Assembly: GCF_006345805.1 (NCBI RefSeq)
Contig: NC_043002.1
Span: 88,908,001 to 88,972,000 of the forward strand
Source of the DNA: Octopus sinensis
Taxonomy: Eukaryota
Length of the DNA stretch: 64,000 nt
Direction of reading: 5' to 3'
A model generated the notes under the pieces. It was not told where the DNA came from and did not search any database. It saw nothing but the letters and a program-made list of their open reading frames with translations. Of this stretch, positions 50,627 to 61,696 are shown in pieces. The translations under genes were made by a program, and so were the position numbers. Numbering within the stretch: position 1 is the first letter of the stretch; every line of letters starts with the position of its first letter.

Positions 50627-51635
50627 GAGTGAGACAGCAGCACATGTCATCAAAATGACACTGGAGTACAATAGGCACATGCATCACAACTACATGTGCG
50701 CAACATGGTGATCTTATATCAAGATAAACAGTGCATGACCTTGCAGGTGGAGCCCAGTTAGAATTTTCTTCAGGCTGAGTAGCCCATCCTGCTGAAAAGG
50801 TCCCTGAATAAGGTTTGTTTATGGATGATGAACAAAACACCTATGTTGCCAGAGGTTAATTCAAATCCCAAAGAATTCCTCTCAATATATGGCTATGATG
50901 CTCCCCAACTACTTCTGCTCGTGATCAGAGATGCACATATTGTCAGTCACCAAGGGACATGCTCAAATGGTTATGGTCAAACAACTGTAATATTGAGCAG
51001 AATATTTACTGGGGCTCGTCAATTATACTAAGACAAAACAATGTACATGATAACACTTCCAATCAGTTAAGATCAGAAGCCATGGGAGCCACTGCCTGGT
51101 ATTGCATCAGGGCATTTATTATTATTATTATATTATTATTATTATTGAGTGAGACAGCAGCACATGTCATCAAAATGACACTGGAGTACAATAGGCACAT
51201 GCATCACAACTACATGTGCGCAACATGGTGATCTTATATCAAGATAAACAGTGCATGACCTTGCAGGTGGAGCCCAGTTAGAATTTTCTTCAGGCTGAGT
51301 AGCCCATCCTGCTGAAAAGGTCCCTGAATAAGGTTTGTTTATGGATGATGAACAAAACACCTATGTTGCCAGAGGTTAATTCAAATCCCAAAGAATTCCT
51401 CTCAATATATGGCTATGATGCTCCCCAACTACTTCTGCTCGTGATCAGAGATGCACATATTGTCAGTCACCAAGGGACATGCTCAAATGGTTATGGTCAA
51501 ACAACTGTAATATTGAGCAGAATATTTACTGGGGCTCGTCAATTATACTAAGACAAAACAATGTACATGATAACACTTCCAATCAGTTAAGATCAGAAGC
51601 CATGGGAGCCACTGCCTGGTATTGCATCAGGGCAT
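50627..51635. repeat. Tandem duplication, period 520 bp (489-bp unique part x2), bounded by (ATT)n tracts
   Basis: 50627-51115 and 51147-51635 show no difference by eye; three ORFs in the track recur identically 520 bp apart. Confidence 0.97.
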
Positions 51636-51658
51636 TTATTATTATTATTATTATTATT

Positions 51659-52055
51659 GGCAGAATGGTTGGCACACTGGAAAAATGCTTAACAGCATTC
51701 TCTCCATCTTTATGTTCTTAATTCAAATTCGGCTATGGTCAACTTTGCATTTCAATCCTTTCAGTGTTGACAAAATAGATACCAATCAAGTGCTGGGGTC
51801 AATGAAATCAATTTCCCCGACCCTCAAAAACTGTTGGCCTTGTACCAAAATTTCAATTGTTGTTATCATCATCATCATCATCATCATCATTATTATTGTT
51901 ATTATTATTTCTAACAGACACAAGGCCAGCAATTATGAGGGGAGGGGGATTAGTTGATGCTATCAATCCCAGTATCTGATTGGTACTTTATCAACCCCAG
52001 ATGCATGAAAGGTGATGTTGACTTCAGTATGAATTGAACTCAAAATGTAAAGAGC
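51659..52055. mobile_element. Two old C2 SINEs in inverted tail-to-tail arrangement
   Basis: Plus copy about 51659-51860, (ATC)n/(ATT)n spacer, minus copy about 51905-52055. Confidence 0.7.
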
Positions 52056-52878
52056 TGAAAACAAAAACATTTTTTTTCTGATATTCTAAGCTAAATTATC
52101 TCACACATCTCCAACACAATAAGGGTTTCTGCTACAACAGAATTTTTTTTTATTAATAACACCAGTTGATTTCTTTTGCATTATGAATGAAGAGAAAACT
52201 TGCACAAATAGGAAACAAAAAAAAGACAAAAGAACATTTGCAGATTCAGACACTTGACATTGCCTACTGGGAAACACTGAAATCTTTCACTATGGGAAAG
52301 GAGATTAATAAGTTCTCCAATACATAGCTCACGTGGTAATTAATAATAATTAAAACATGGTTTTAAGATACAGGAAACATGAAAAATATATAATAAATGA
52401 ATAGATTACACAATTAATTGAGAACATTTAATTTTTACTATTATGATCATATTATTAATATTTTACAAATGCACCAGTGTGAATGAGGTGAATGAGATCA
52501 TATACACTTAGTAGCTATTGTATGAAGATAGTCTACACAAACAGTAGTTACAAAGTTCATAACTTTGAGAAACTAGAGAACAAAGATGGCTTTCAAACCA
52601 AGAACTAGTGACTATTTTATGTAACAAGGACTTTAAAATAATTTGAGATAATGAGGGAGCTTCTATTTGGCCTCTTAATCTACTAAAAATAGAAGTCAAA
52701 TTTATCTCAAACCACAATGTACCATTTTAAATAAGACACACTGGATGGCATGATTGAAGTTCAAAATACACGATGTCTGGAAAAAATATGGGATGGTCTT
52801 GGCTGGACTGCCTTTGATCCTAAGTGTGCTCAATCAGAACCAACATGGAACTAAACAACAGCAAATTCATCTTCCTCT

Positions 52879-53266
52879 GCGTAGGAGTGGCTGTGTGGTA
52901 AGTAGCTTGCTTACCAACCACATGGTTCCAGGTTCAGTCCCACTGCGTGGCACCTTGGGCAAGTGCCTTCTACTATAGCCTTGGGCCGACCAAAGCCTTG
53001 TGAGTGGATTTGGTGGACGGAAACTGAAAGAAGCCCGTCGTATATATGTATATATATATATATATATGCGTGTGTATGTGTTTGTCCCCCTAGCATTGCT
53101 TGACAACCGATGCTGGTGTGTTTATGTCCCAGTTACTTAGCGGTTCGGCAAAAGAGACCGATAGAATACTGGGCTTACAAAAGAATAAGCCTCGGGATCG
53201 CGTTGCCGATTAAAGGCGGTGCTCCAGCATGGCCACAGTCAAATGACTGATACAAGTAAAAGAGTA
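52879..53266 (+). mobile_element. SINE family A, full-length
   Basis: GCGTAGGAGTGGCTGTGTGG head to CAAGTAAAAGAGTA tail. Confidence 0.92.
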
Positions 53267-54284
53267 TACTGTCTATAAATACAGCCAAATTTGCCACCAA
53301 TTTGACAGTGTTGAGACATCTGAGCTGCCGTGACATTCTCCACTCTCACCAATTTCAGAGCGATCCTTTGTATCCATTGGCATTCACTCTCTTCATAGTT
53401 GTTTTCACAGCTACATATTCAATCTGGAATGATCGAAGAAGACACCCACAGGACCGTGAATATGCATTGATGTGTAGAAATTAGCCCAAATGTTGAATTT
53501 CTAACAAAGGCTTTCTGCATGTGTCATATATGTTGTTTCATCTGAATATTTCTATGCTTCTATTGTATTAACACCTTCTCTGTTAATGTAACAATAAATT
53601 ATGTTCTAAAACAAAGAAACCATTCAATGTGTTACAAACTATAATTGTTTACATCATAAGAATTTAGAAACTTTGAAAGGCATGAAATAAATCATTTTTT
53701 TTTTTAACTGAAAGTAGATAAAACTACTCTATACTCTTCACCTTTTTTCTACCAAAGGGATTTTTTTGAAATCAATATTTATACACTATTAATCATAACT
53801 ATAATTGCATTTACCTGTGTACATAAAATATGTATAAACTTACTTTTATACAAAAACCACATAATTAGTCCCCGTTTTCTTCAACTCCCCTTGAAACAGA
53901 AACAATTTTTTAAAATTCTTTCTAAGTATCTTTTACTTACTAAACATCTTTCACTTACTAAACTCTTTTTACTTACTAAATATCTTTATGTCTTGCAAGT
54001 TCTTAATCAATTTTACTAAGTATCTTAGTGTCTTCCAAGTCCTTAATAAATTCTTTACCAATCTTTCATGTAGTAGTTTCCATACCATTTCTAGTAATAG
54101 ATTGCTTTGTAAGAAATTTTACCTTTCAAAGTCTCTGCTTTGAAAGAGTTGATGTCATATGCAACAACATTTTTTCTATGCATACTGGCATGTGTGGCAA
54201 GACAACTAAATTAATTATAAAATTGGGTTACAAATCATATTTTATATCATGAAGTCCCTTTTTATCCTAAATATTTCTATATCT

Positions 54285-54425
54285 CCACTCAGCTGAGGAG
54301 TTTGGTGACCTTAAAGCAATATGGAACAAAGTGCTTCACTCAGAGATGCAACATGCCATCAAGCCCAGGAATTGAACCCATAAGTTGATAATCATGAACA
54401 TTCTAACCATTAGGCCATGCACCTT
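54285..54425 (-). mobile_element. Old D-type SINE fragment
   Basis: TCCACTCAGCTG core and CAGGAATTGAACCC B box on the minus strand. Confidence 0.55.
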
Positions 54426-55376
54426 CACTGAACTATTGACCACAGGGTCAAATATTGAAATCTCGTTTCAACCATTATGTCGCTCAAGTTCAGCCCTGGA
54501 TGAGTAGAGCAATGATCAAGGGTAATTCCAGCCATAATCATTCAATCTTTTCACTGGACACAAAGCACTTACTCCCACTTCAGACCATTTTAGCCAAGAT
54601 GTTCTTTTCTAAGTTGGTAGGGTGTGGTTCAAGAGAGCTGAGTTATATTTGTAGTGGATCTGATGACTGTATAAAAGCAACTTTGCTAGCTCCTCACTCA
54701 TTCTGTTGTGGTACTGACCAAAACACATGATTTTACTCGTCAGTATAACTACATGGCAACAAGAAGAGCACCCAGCCATAAAGCACAATTACTCAGAAGA
54801 CATGCAAATACATTTGTAAAAACCATCTCTTCCTATATTAAAAGAAAAAAAAAATGGATGTAAAATGTCAAAAAATAAAGCAAAAAATATATTACAAAAA
54901 AGAGTGAAACAAATATCTTTATCGGAAAACAATTCAGCAAGCAATAATGATATAAACTGAATTCTTCCTATTATTCAAGTATTGAGATTAAAGTTTCTTA
55001 TTAAAATGACTGGTTAATTAGCTTGCTCCAACATTTCATTTTAAAGTGAATTAAAGCAATTTGTAATACACCCTGTATAACGTCAGATAATTTGTGGTTA
55101 TTATGTAGCATGTAATTATGGAATTAAAAAAAAATTAATCACAATAATATAAAATCGCAGAAAATAAATATATCAGCAAAGAAATTAACTTAATTTTCAA
55201 GATTCAGATATAAAGTAATTGTCCCACTTGGTTTTTCAAAGGTTGCACTTAGAGAACTAAATATAAATTAAGATATTCTATAGCAATTATGATAGCACTG
55301 AGTATATAATTTTAATATTGGTGGCAGTGGTAGTAGTGATGACAGTGATAGTGTATTCATGTGGCCCAAGGTGAAC

Positions 55377-55520
55377 CTAAATGGTGAATTTGCAGAGTTG
55401 TTTGTATGATGAATAAAATGCCCCACTATTTCTACCAACTCTCTATGCTTAAGTTCAAATTTGCTTTTCATCTTTTCAAGGTTGATTAAAAAGTACCAAT
55501 CCAAACTGAGAGGGGTGGGG
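55377..55520 (+). mobile_element. Very old C2 SINE fragment
   Basis: AAGTTCAAATTTGCTTTTCATC...TTGATTAAAAAGTACCA. Confidence 0.5.
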
Positions 55521-56087
55521 GCAGATTATTAAAATGTCAGACAAGATGCCTTGTCATATCTCCTCCAGCAATGCCTGTGATGATCCTCTCAACCCCACAT
55601 CATCCTTGTTCGTTCACCAACCTCTTTGCAAAGTATAGAGACTGCATTTTATGTGGCATCAGCTCTAGTGGGATTACCTTATACCCTATAAGATTGAAGA
55701 ATACATACATATATATATATTCAATGTTGAGTGAATATAGTAATTAATTCCTAAAATTTAATGTCTTTTTTTTTATGTTGCTTGTAAAAGGAAAGTACTG
55801 AAATAATTCACTTTCCAAATTTAGTTCATTTTTTAATAACTTGACCTTTATAAACATAACAAAGAAGCCATGCATGAACAAGCTTTGGTGTCATTAGCTT
55901 ACTGATAGGACTGGCAGGTGAGGTGTCACAAGCCTATCAGAAGAAATTGAGAAAGTGCTGGTAGCCTACTACTAGATTTAGTTTACTAATGTGGCCGGGA
56001 ACTATTCTTCCATAAGTTAAGAATAATTTGTCTTTAATTTAATTGTAGAATACATTAAAATGCAAATGTCAATATGCTTTCATGTTA

Positions 56088-56328
56088 ATCATCATCATCA
56101 TCATCGTTTAGCGTCTGCTTTCCATGGGTTGGACGGTTCAACTGGTGTCTGGGAAGCCAGAAGGCTGCACCAGGCCCAGTTTGATCTACGGCTGGATGCC
56201 CTCCCTAACTCCAACCACTCCGAGAGTGTAGTGGATGCTTTTTATGTGCCACTGGCACAGGTGCCAGACGAGGCTGGCAAACGGCCACGATCGGATGGCG
56301 TTTTTTAGGTGCCACCGGCACGGAGGCC
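56088..56328 (-). mobile_element. SINE-like family B, 5'-truncated
   Basis: (ATC)n tail, two modules. Confidence 0.88.
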
Positions 56329-57980
56329 ACAATTAAATTAAAGACATACTTAATAACTAATGGAGAATAGTTCCCTACTACAAAAGGGTCAACAATTGAG
56401 AAGGTGTTGTTAGCCTACTAGTAGAAAGTACAACAGTATACATTCTCAGTCACTGCTGCTGTAGTATCCACATGACAAAGTCAACTCTTACTGGTTTAGT
56501 TCACTCATAAATAAAGACTATAAGGATTTATTTCATAAGTATCATAGTCACTAGAATTGGTGAGTTAAGAGACAGCATCAGACCATCCTCATCATTTTAC
56601 ATATTCTCCCATGTCTAGGATTATATACAAGATACGGCATTGAAGTAAGCCTACTGTCCTTTGTGAGATTTACATTTTTGGGTGTATCTGCCCAATAAAG
56701 AAGTAATTAAAAGTATGAGCATGCTGGAAATAAATGCTCTTTTGCAAAAGGAGAACATTTAGAAGAAAAACAACTATATAAGACAGTAAAAAAAAAAATC
56801 TTTTTTTTTTTATCTATCTCCTTAAAGATATCAACTTACTTATGATTTAAATTTAATTAAAACTCTGAACTATAGCTCATAAACAAAATGCAACTATTAG
56901 TAAATTCACAAATGGAAATACTAACTTCCACTATTTTTACATGTCATCCAACCATGTACTTGACATTTTCTTTTAAACTGCATTGGTCACATTTCCAACA
57001 GACAAATCTTAGAAGCTGACTCATTGGATAGAGCAGTGTCTCAGGTTTGAATGTCAATGTTATGTACAACAACATAATACGTTGCAAAAAAAAAAAGCTA
57101 TAAACACGAATTTACGACTCTTCTTTTTCTTCCTCATTTCAAACAAAGAAAAACAAGACCACTTTGTCCCTCCATTTATTTTTACAATTACTACGTCTCC
57201 CATCTAAAAATTAAAAAAATAAAAAAGGAATAGGAAAAAACGTATCATATTACAAGTTATTATCAATACAACATTTCGAATTTTTCCTATGTATTCAGAG
57301 ACCCGCCCCACATACAGTCACGAAAGCCTTCTCAAAGGTTTATAAATGTAACATTTATACGATAAGGAAACTTATCATGTAATCTTTCACTCATTCTTCT
57401 CAGGTCATATGACAAGAACTTCTCCTAATTTCTTTTACATATCTGAAACATTAGCAAGATCACATTTTTCATACAGTACCATGACCTGTTCTTTTTACTA
57501 TACTTATCAGTCACAAATAGCAATAAATTTTTAGTTTTTCTTTTCTTTATGAATAGTACAGTCTGTATTTTGTGATAGTACTAGGATCTACAACAAATAC
57601 ATTTATTCAAAATGTCATTTCTTTTTTAAATGGTCTTCTAAATGCTTGAATTATTCTTTAAAAAAAAAAAAAAGATATAACATCAGAAATAAATTCATCA
57701 ATTTTTGATGACAATTTATTAAAAAATAAACAGTGTATCATACAAAATCTTTTTAAATATTTTTTTTTTTAAAACAGATACCTATTAAAATTTAGTTTGT
57801 AATTTTGAGCCACCATTAAAGATTTATTGAAGTTCATGTACACCAATAGCCTACAGTTTCAAATATCTTTCTAAGCAAAATTACAAACGAAAATCACTAT
57901 AAATACAACATACCAATGCTCCTCCTTTCAATAAGCAGATAACCTCAAAAGACTTTTTAAAAATACATGTGATATGCTCT

Positions 57981-58463
57981 TACTTGTACTTGTACTTGTG
58001 GCGACATTCACCCTGGGCGGGTTGAGTCGGCTTCTTCTACCACCCTCGAGGCATCTCGAACCATGGCAGCCCACGCACAACGGTCCTGCGCCAGTTCACT
58101 GGAGATAGTGAGCCAGACACGGTTCCATCGGCGTCCCCAAAGTCCATCCCCTCCTCACTGTGGTGGGGACGCTGGCAACGGGTAGTGTCAGAGCTATGCC
58201 GTCAGGAACTTCAGTTCCTGGTAGGGCCACCCAAGGCGGATCGGTCTGACACCGAGTGGTATTAGGGCCACAACCCGGCAGACGAGGCTCTGGTGAAAAT
58301 CCTTGGAGTGTCTGTTTCGGCAACCGGCGGCTCCTCGGTTGTTCTGTCCCTGTATCTGCAGACAATCTGTGGCAAACAGGATGTCTCTACATGCGGGATT
58401 GTTGGGGACCGCTTGTAAAATCCACATATTCCCACGAAACTTCTTTCATGAATTTTCAATGGC
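57981..58463 (-). mobile_element. RTE-derived insertion: ORF2 3' end with (CAAGTA)n tail joined to an inverted 5'UTR-like segment
   Basis: Minus strand reads GLWGRRWNRVWLTISSELAQDRCAWAAMVRDASRVVEEADSTRPG* then CAAGTACAAGTACAAGTA; 12-bp TSD GTGATATGCTCT at 57969-57980 and 58464-58475. Confidence 0.85.
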
Positions 58464-58794
58464 GTGATATGCTCTGATCCACAACCACTCTTTAACAAAT
58501 TATATCATGAAGGTAGTAACCCAGTAACCCAGTATGGTACATGCCAACAGGCAGGAACCAGTAAAAGAATACAATGATGGGTCGATATATTAGACAGACA
58601 GACAGACAGACAGACACTGTGAAGATGTATTTGACTCAGCAATGTATAATGTTTGTTACTTGTAACAAGGCTACTAGTAAGTTATTGCTTACCACATTTT
58701 TTTTTTTTTTTGTGAAACCCTTTATACAATTCTTCAAAGGTCATAAAGCTCATACCTATGTTAACTTGCATACAAAATCCCAGAAGTTATTTTC

Positions 58795-58990
58795 TTTTCC
58801 CTTCCTAACACCAGCTACTCCACAGAGTGGACTGGTTGACTTTTACATGGCACCATCATCAGCACTTTTTACACGACACCAGCACTCACACCACTGCTTT
58901 TTACATGGCACCTTGGTTTTAAGATTTCGATTCTGTTGTGGTGAGTGAATTTTCTCAAGTACAGTAATGCACCACATATCTCAGTCCTCT
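58795..58990 (-). mobile_element. Very old family B remnant
   Basis: CCTTCCTAACACCAGC and degenerate CTTTTTACATGGCACC modules. Confidence 0.55.
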
Positions 58991-59006
58991 GATGCATATA
59001 TGTATA

Positions 59007-59227
59007 TACTCTTACTCTTTACTCTTTTACTTGTTTCAGTCATTCTGACTGCGGCCATGCTGGAGCACCACCTTTAGTCGAGTAAATCGACCCCAGGACT
59101 TATTATTTGTAAGCCTAGTACTTATTCTATCGTTCTCTTTTGCCGAATGTAAACACACCAGCATCGGTTGTCAAGCAATGTTGTGGGGGACAAACACAAA
59201 CACACAAACATATACACACACACACAC

Positions 59228-59284
<57 letters not shown>

Positions 59285-59450
59285 TACGACGGGCTTCTTT
59301 CAGTTTACGTCTACCAAATCCACTCACAAGGCTTTGGTCGGCCCGAGGCTATAGTAGACGACACTTGCCCAAGGTGCCACGCAGTGGGACTGAACCCAGA
59401 ACCATGTGGTTGGTAAGCAAGCTACTTACCATGCAGCCACTCCTGTGCCT
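59007..59450 (-). mobile_element. SINE family A, full-length, inserted in (AT)n
   Basis: Head, long central (TA)n, (TACTCTT)n tail. Confidence 0.92.
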
Positions 59451-60261
59451 ATATATATATATATATCTTGCTAAGCCATTTGCTGCCATCCTCTTGATCA
59501 ACTTCCCGCTTTCACTCATCTCCTCATTCACTCTAATCACCTCATCCTGCTTTCATACACACCCTGTCGTTTAACATCATCCCACCACAAACAAAACTCA
59601 CAAACTACTATGTTGCCCTCTTCACTGCCATTCTTTGATGACTAATAAACTTTATTATTCAATTTTCTTATCATGTTGACTGAGATCACTATCTCCCGTC
59701 CTTCTTTTCAGTTGCTAAGTGACCTCAGTAGTGATGCTACAACAAAAACAATGTACTATTTTACACTACGCTCTGTAAAATAGTTGGTATTAGGAAAATC
59801 TAAAAATCATACCAAAACAAATAAAAGCACATTGCAGTCCTTCAGCACATCAGATCCATCAAGCCATCCAACAAATGCCAGCATAGAGAACAGACATTAA
59901 ATAGTAATAATAATCACTATCATCATCATAGAGTATGAAATATATACATACATACGGTGATTAAAACTAACAAACAACATTAAATGTGATGTCATGAAAC
60001 TACAATGAAGCTTGACCTGAAGATATTAGTTCAACGTTTTTCAAATTGAATAATAAAGTTATCTTATTTGTGAATGAACAAACTCCCTTCACACCAACAA
60101 GGACAATAACCCTTTCTTCAACATTTTCAAACTATAGTTTATTGTATAACTGGAGTCAGGTGGCATGACATTTAGCTTTTAGTCAATATTCTCAAACAAT
60201 TGAGTTATTTTTACTGTTACTGTTAACTTTTATTGTATTTCTTCAAGGAAATATTGTTTTC

Positions 60262-60760
60262 TAGGCTATGTAGTTAAGAGGTTTGCTTCACAACAACAGC
60301 ATAGCTTTAGGTTCAATCCCACACTTGGCATCCTTAGTAACTGTCTTCCGCAATAGTTTCAGGTCAACCACAGCCTTGTGATAGCTCAAAATCTCTCGTG
60401 GAAGCGTCATCCAACCAAAGTACAAATATATGGGAAACTACCACCTGTATCATCTCTTGTGAAAGGTAGAAGAGTCCAGTTTGCTGGACATTGTTGTAGA
60501 GCTGAAAACGAGGTAATTTCTACTCTTCTCCTCTGGAAGTCATCTGCTCGCGATACCAGAGGGCGCACACTCTCTTACCCTGATGTAATTTCCAGGGATA
60601 CAGGCATCCAGCAACAGGACCTCCGTAATGCTATGATGGACCGTGAAGTCTGGGGTAACATAGTAAATTCCATTGTCTCGACCACGGTCGAACAATGATG
60701 ATGATGATAGCCTTGTGAGAGGACTTGGTAGATGGAAACTAAAAGAAACCTGTCATATAT
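60262..60760 (+). mobile_element. Old SINE A 5' half interrupted by LINE
   Basis: GGTTCAATCCCAC B box; body resumes AGCCTTGTGAGAGGACTTGGTAGATGGAAAC after the insertion. Confidence 0.65.
60382..60708 (+). mobile_element. 5'-truncated RTE-group (RTEX-like) LINE, open ORF2 C-terminus
   Basis: NLSWKRHPTKVQIYGKLPPVSSLVKGRRVQFAGHCCRAENE...DLRNAMMDREVW...EQ*; TSD AGCCTTGTGA at 60372-60381 and 60709-60718. Confidence 0.9.
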
Positions 60761-61467
60761 AGCACATATGTATGTATGTGTATGTTCACTTCTCCATATG
60801 TTGACATCATATTTTAATTATAAACAACAACGTCATCATACAACTGGTGTTGTTTGTTTGCAATCTTCCTTGAAAACATGTCTGGCTATTGTGTTGTTTT
60901 GTTTTCAAAGCATCTGGAGGAAAATGTTAACTTGCTTGGTAGCAGGAGAGGATGGATAATAAGAAGAGCATCTGGCAGTAAAGAATTTACATTGACAAAT
61001 TTTGTCAGGCCCGTGAAAGGATGGTAAAGCAGACATTTTGAAGATGATGATGATGAAGTAGATAAGTCTTGATTATAGGCAGAAATTTCCTTTTAAATTA
61101 AAACAATATTGCAGTTGTTTTTTATCTCTTCCAAAGCTGAATAAAGCAATTTACACACTTTTAATAAACAGCAAGACTGTATAATAAAAAAGAATAAAAG
61201 CTAACACTTGGAAGACAGACAACATCAATAAATGTTCATCAAAAGCTCTAAATATATTTTCTGAAATGTTCTACAATATGTAGAATACAGTGCAGAAAGT
61301 ACAAGAAAAACTTCCTTAAAACACATTACAATTTTTTTTCAACTGCTTAGTCAGAAAAAACCCAACAGCACTTATGAGTAAAAAAATTTTCAAAACCAAC
61401 AAGACCAGCTGGAGAAGAGAATAAAGTTATCCTTAAAACAGAAACTTGGTACAAATACTTGAACTAT

Positions 61468-61696
61468 AACCGGCCAAAAATATTCTACCTTGAACTATAA
61501 CCGGCCAAAAATATTCTACCTGTTTTATGTTCAAACTGGCCATATCTGGCCTCTCACACCAACCCTACAATATCGTTTTCAAAATTAACAGCTACCTCAT
61601 CAAAATCTCATAGCTACAAGATAATGCATGATTAGTTCAAGGCAATGTGGATAAAAAAAGGATTAATTTTGAAAGAATAATGTGAACACTAAAGGG
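61468..61696. mobile_element. piggyBac-like MITE (family 1), left end lost
   Basis: Right end ACTAAAGGG|TTAA at 61688-61700; body matches 17558-17776. Confidence 0.8.

Noticed and set aside
53290-53425. Minus-strand peptide CENNYEESECQWIQ resembling CMC4/p8-MTCP1, and possible exon 53350-53410
   Set aside because: Needs gaps, lacks the CC motif and a start, and the acceptor is weak; the strong CAG acceptor 13 nt upstream gives stops in all frames
54573-54666. Strong splice-site pair on the minus strand
   Set aside because: Stops in all three frames; could only be non-coding and there is no support
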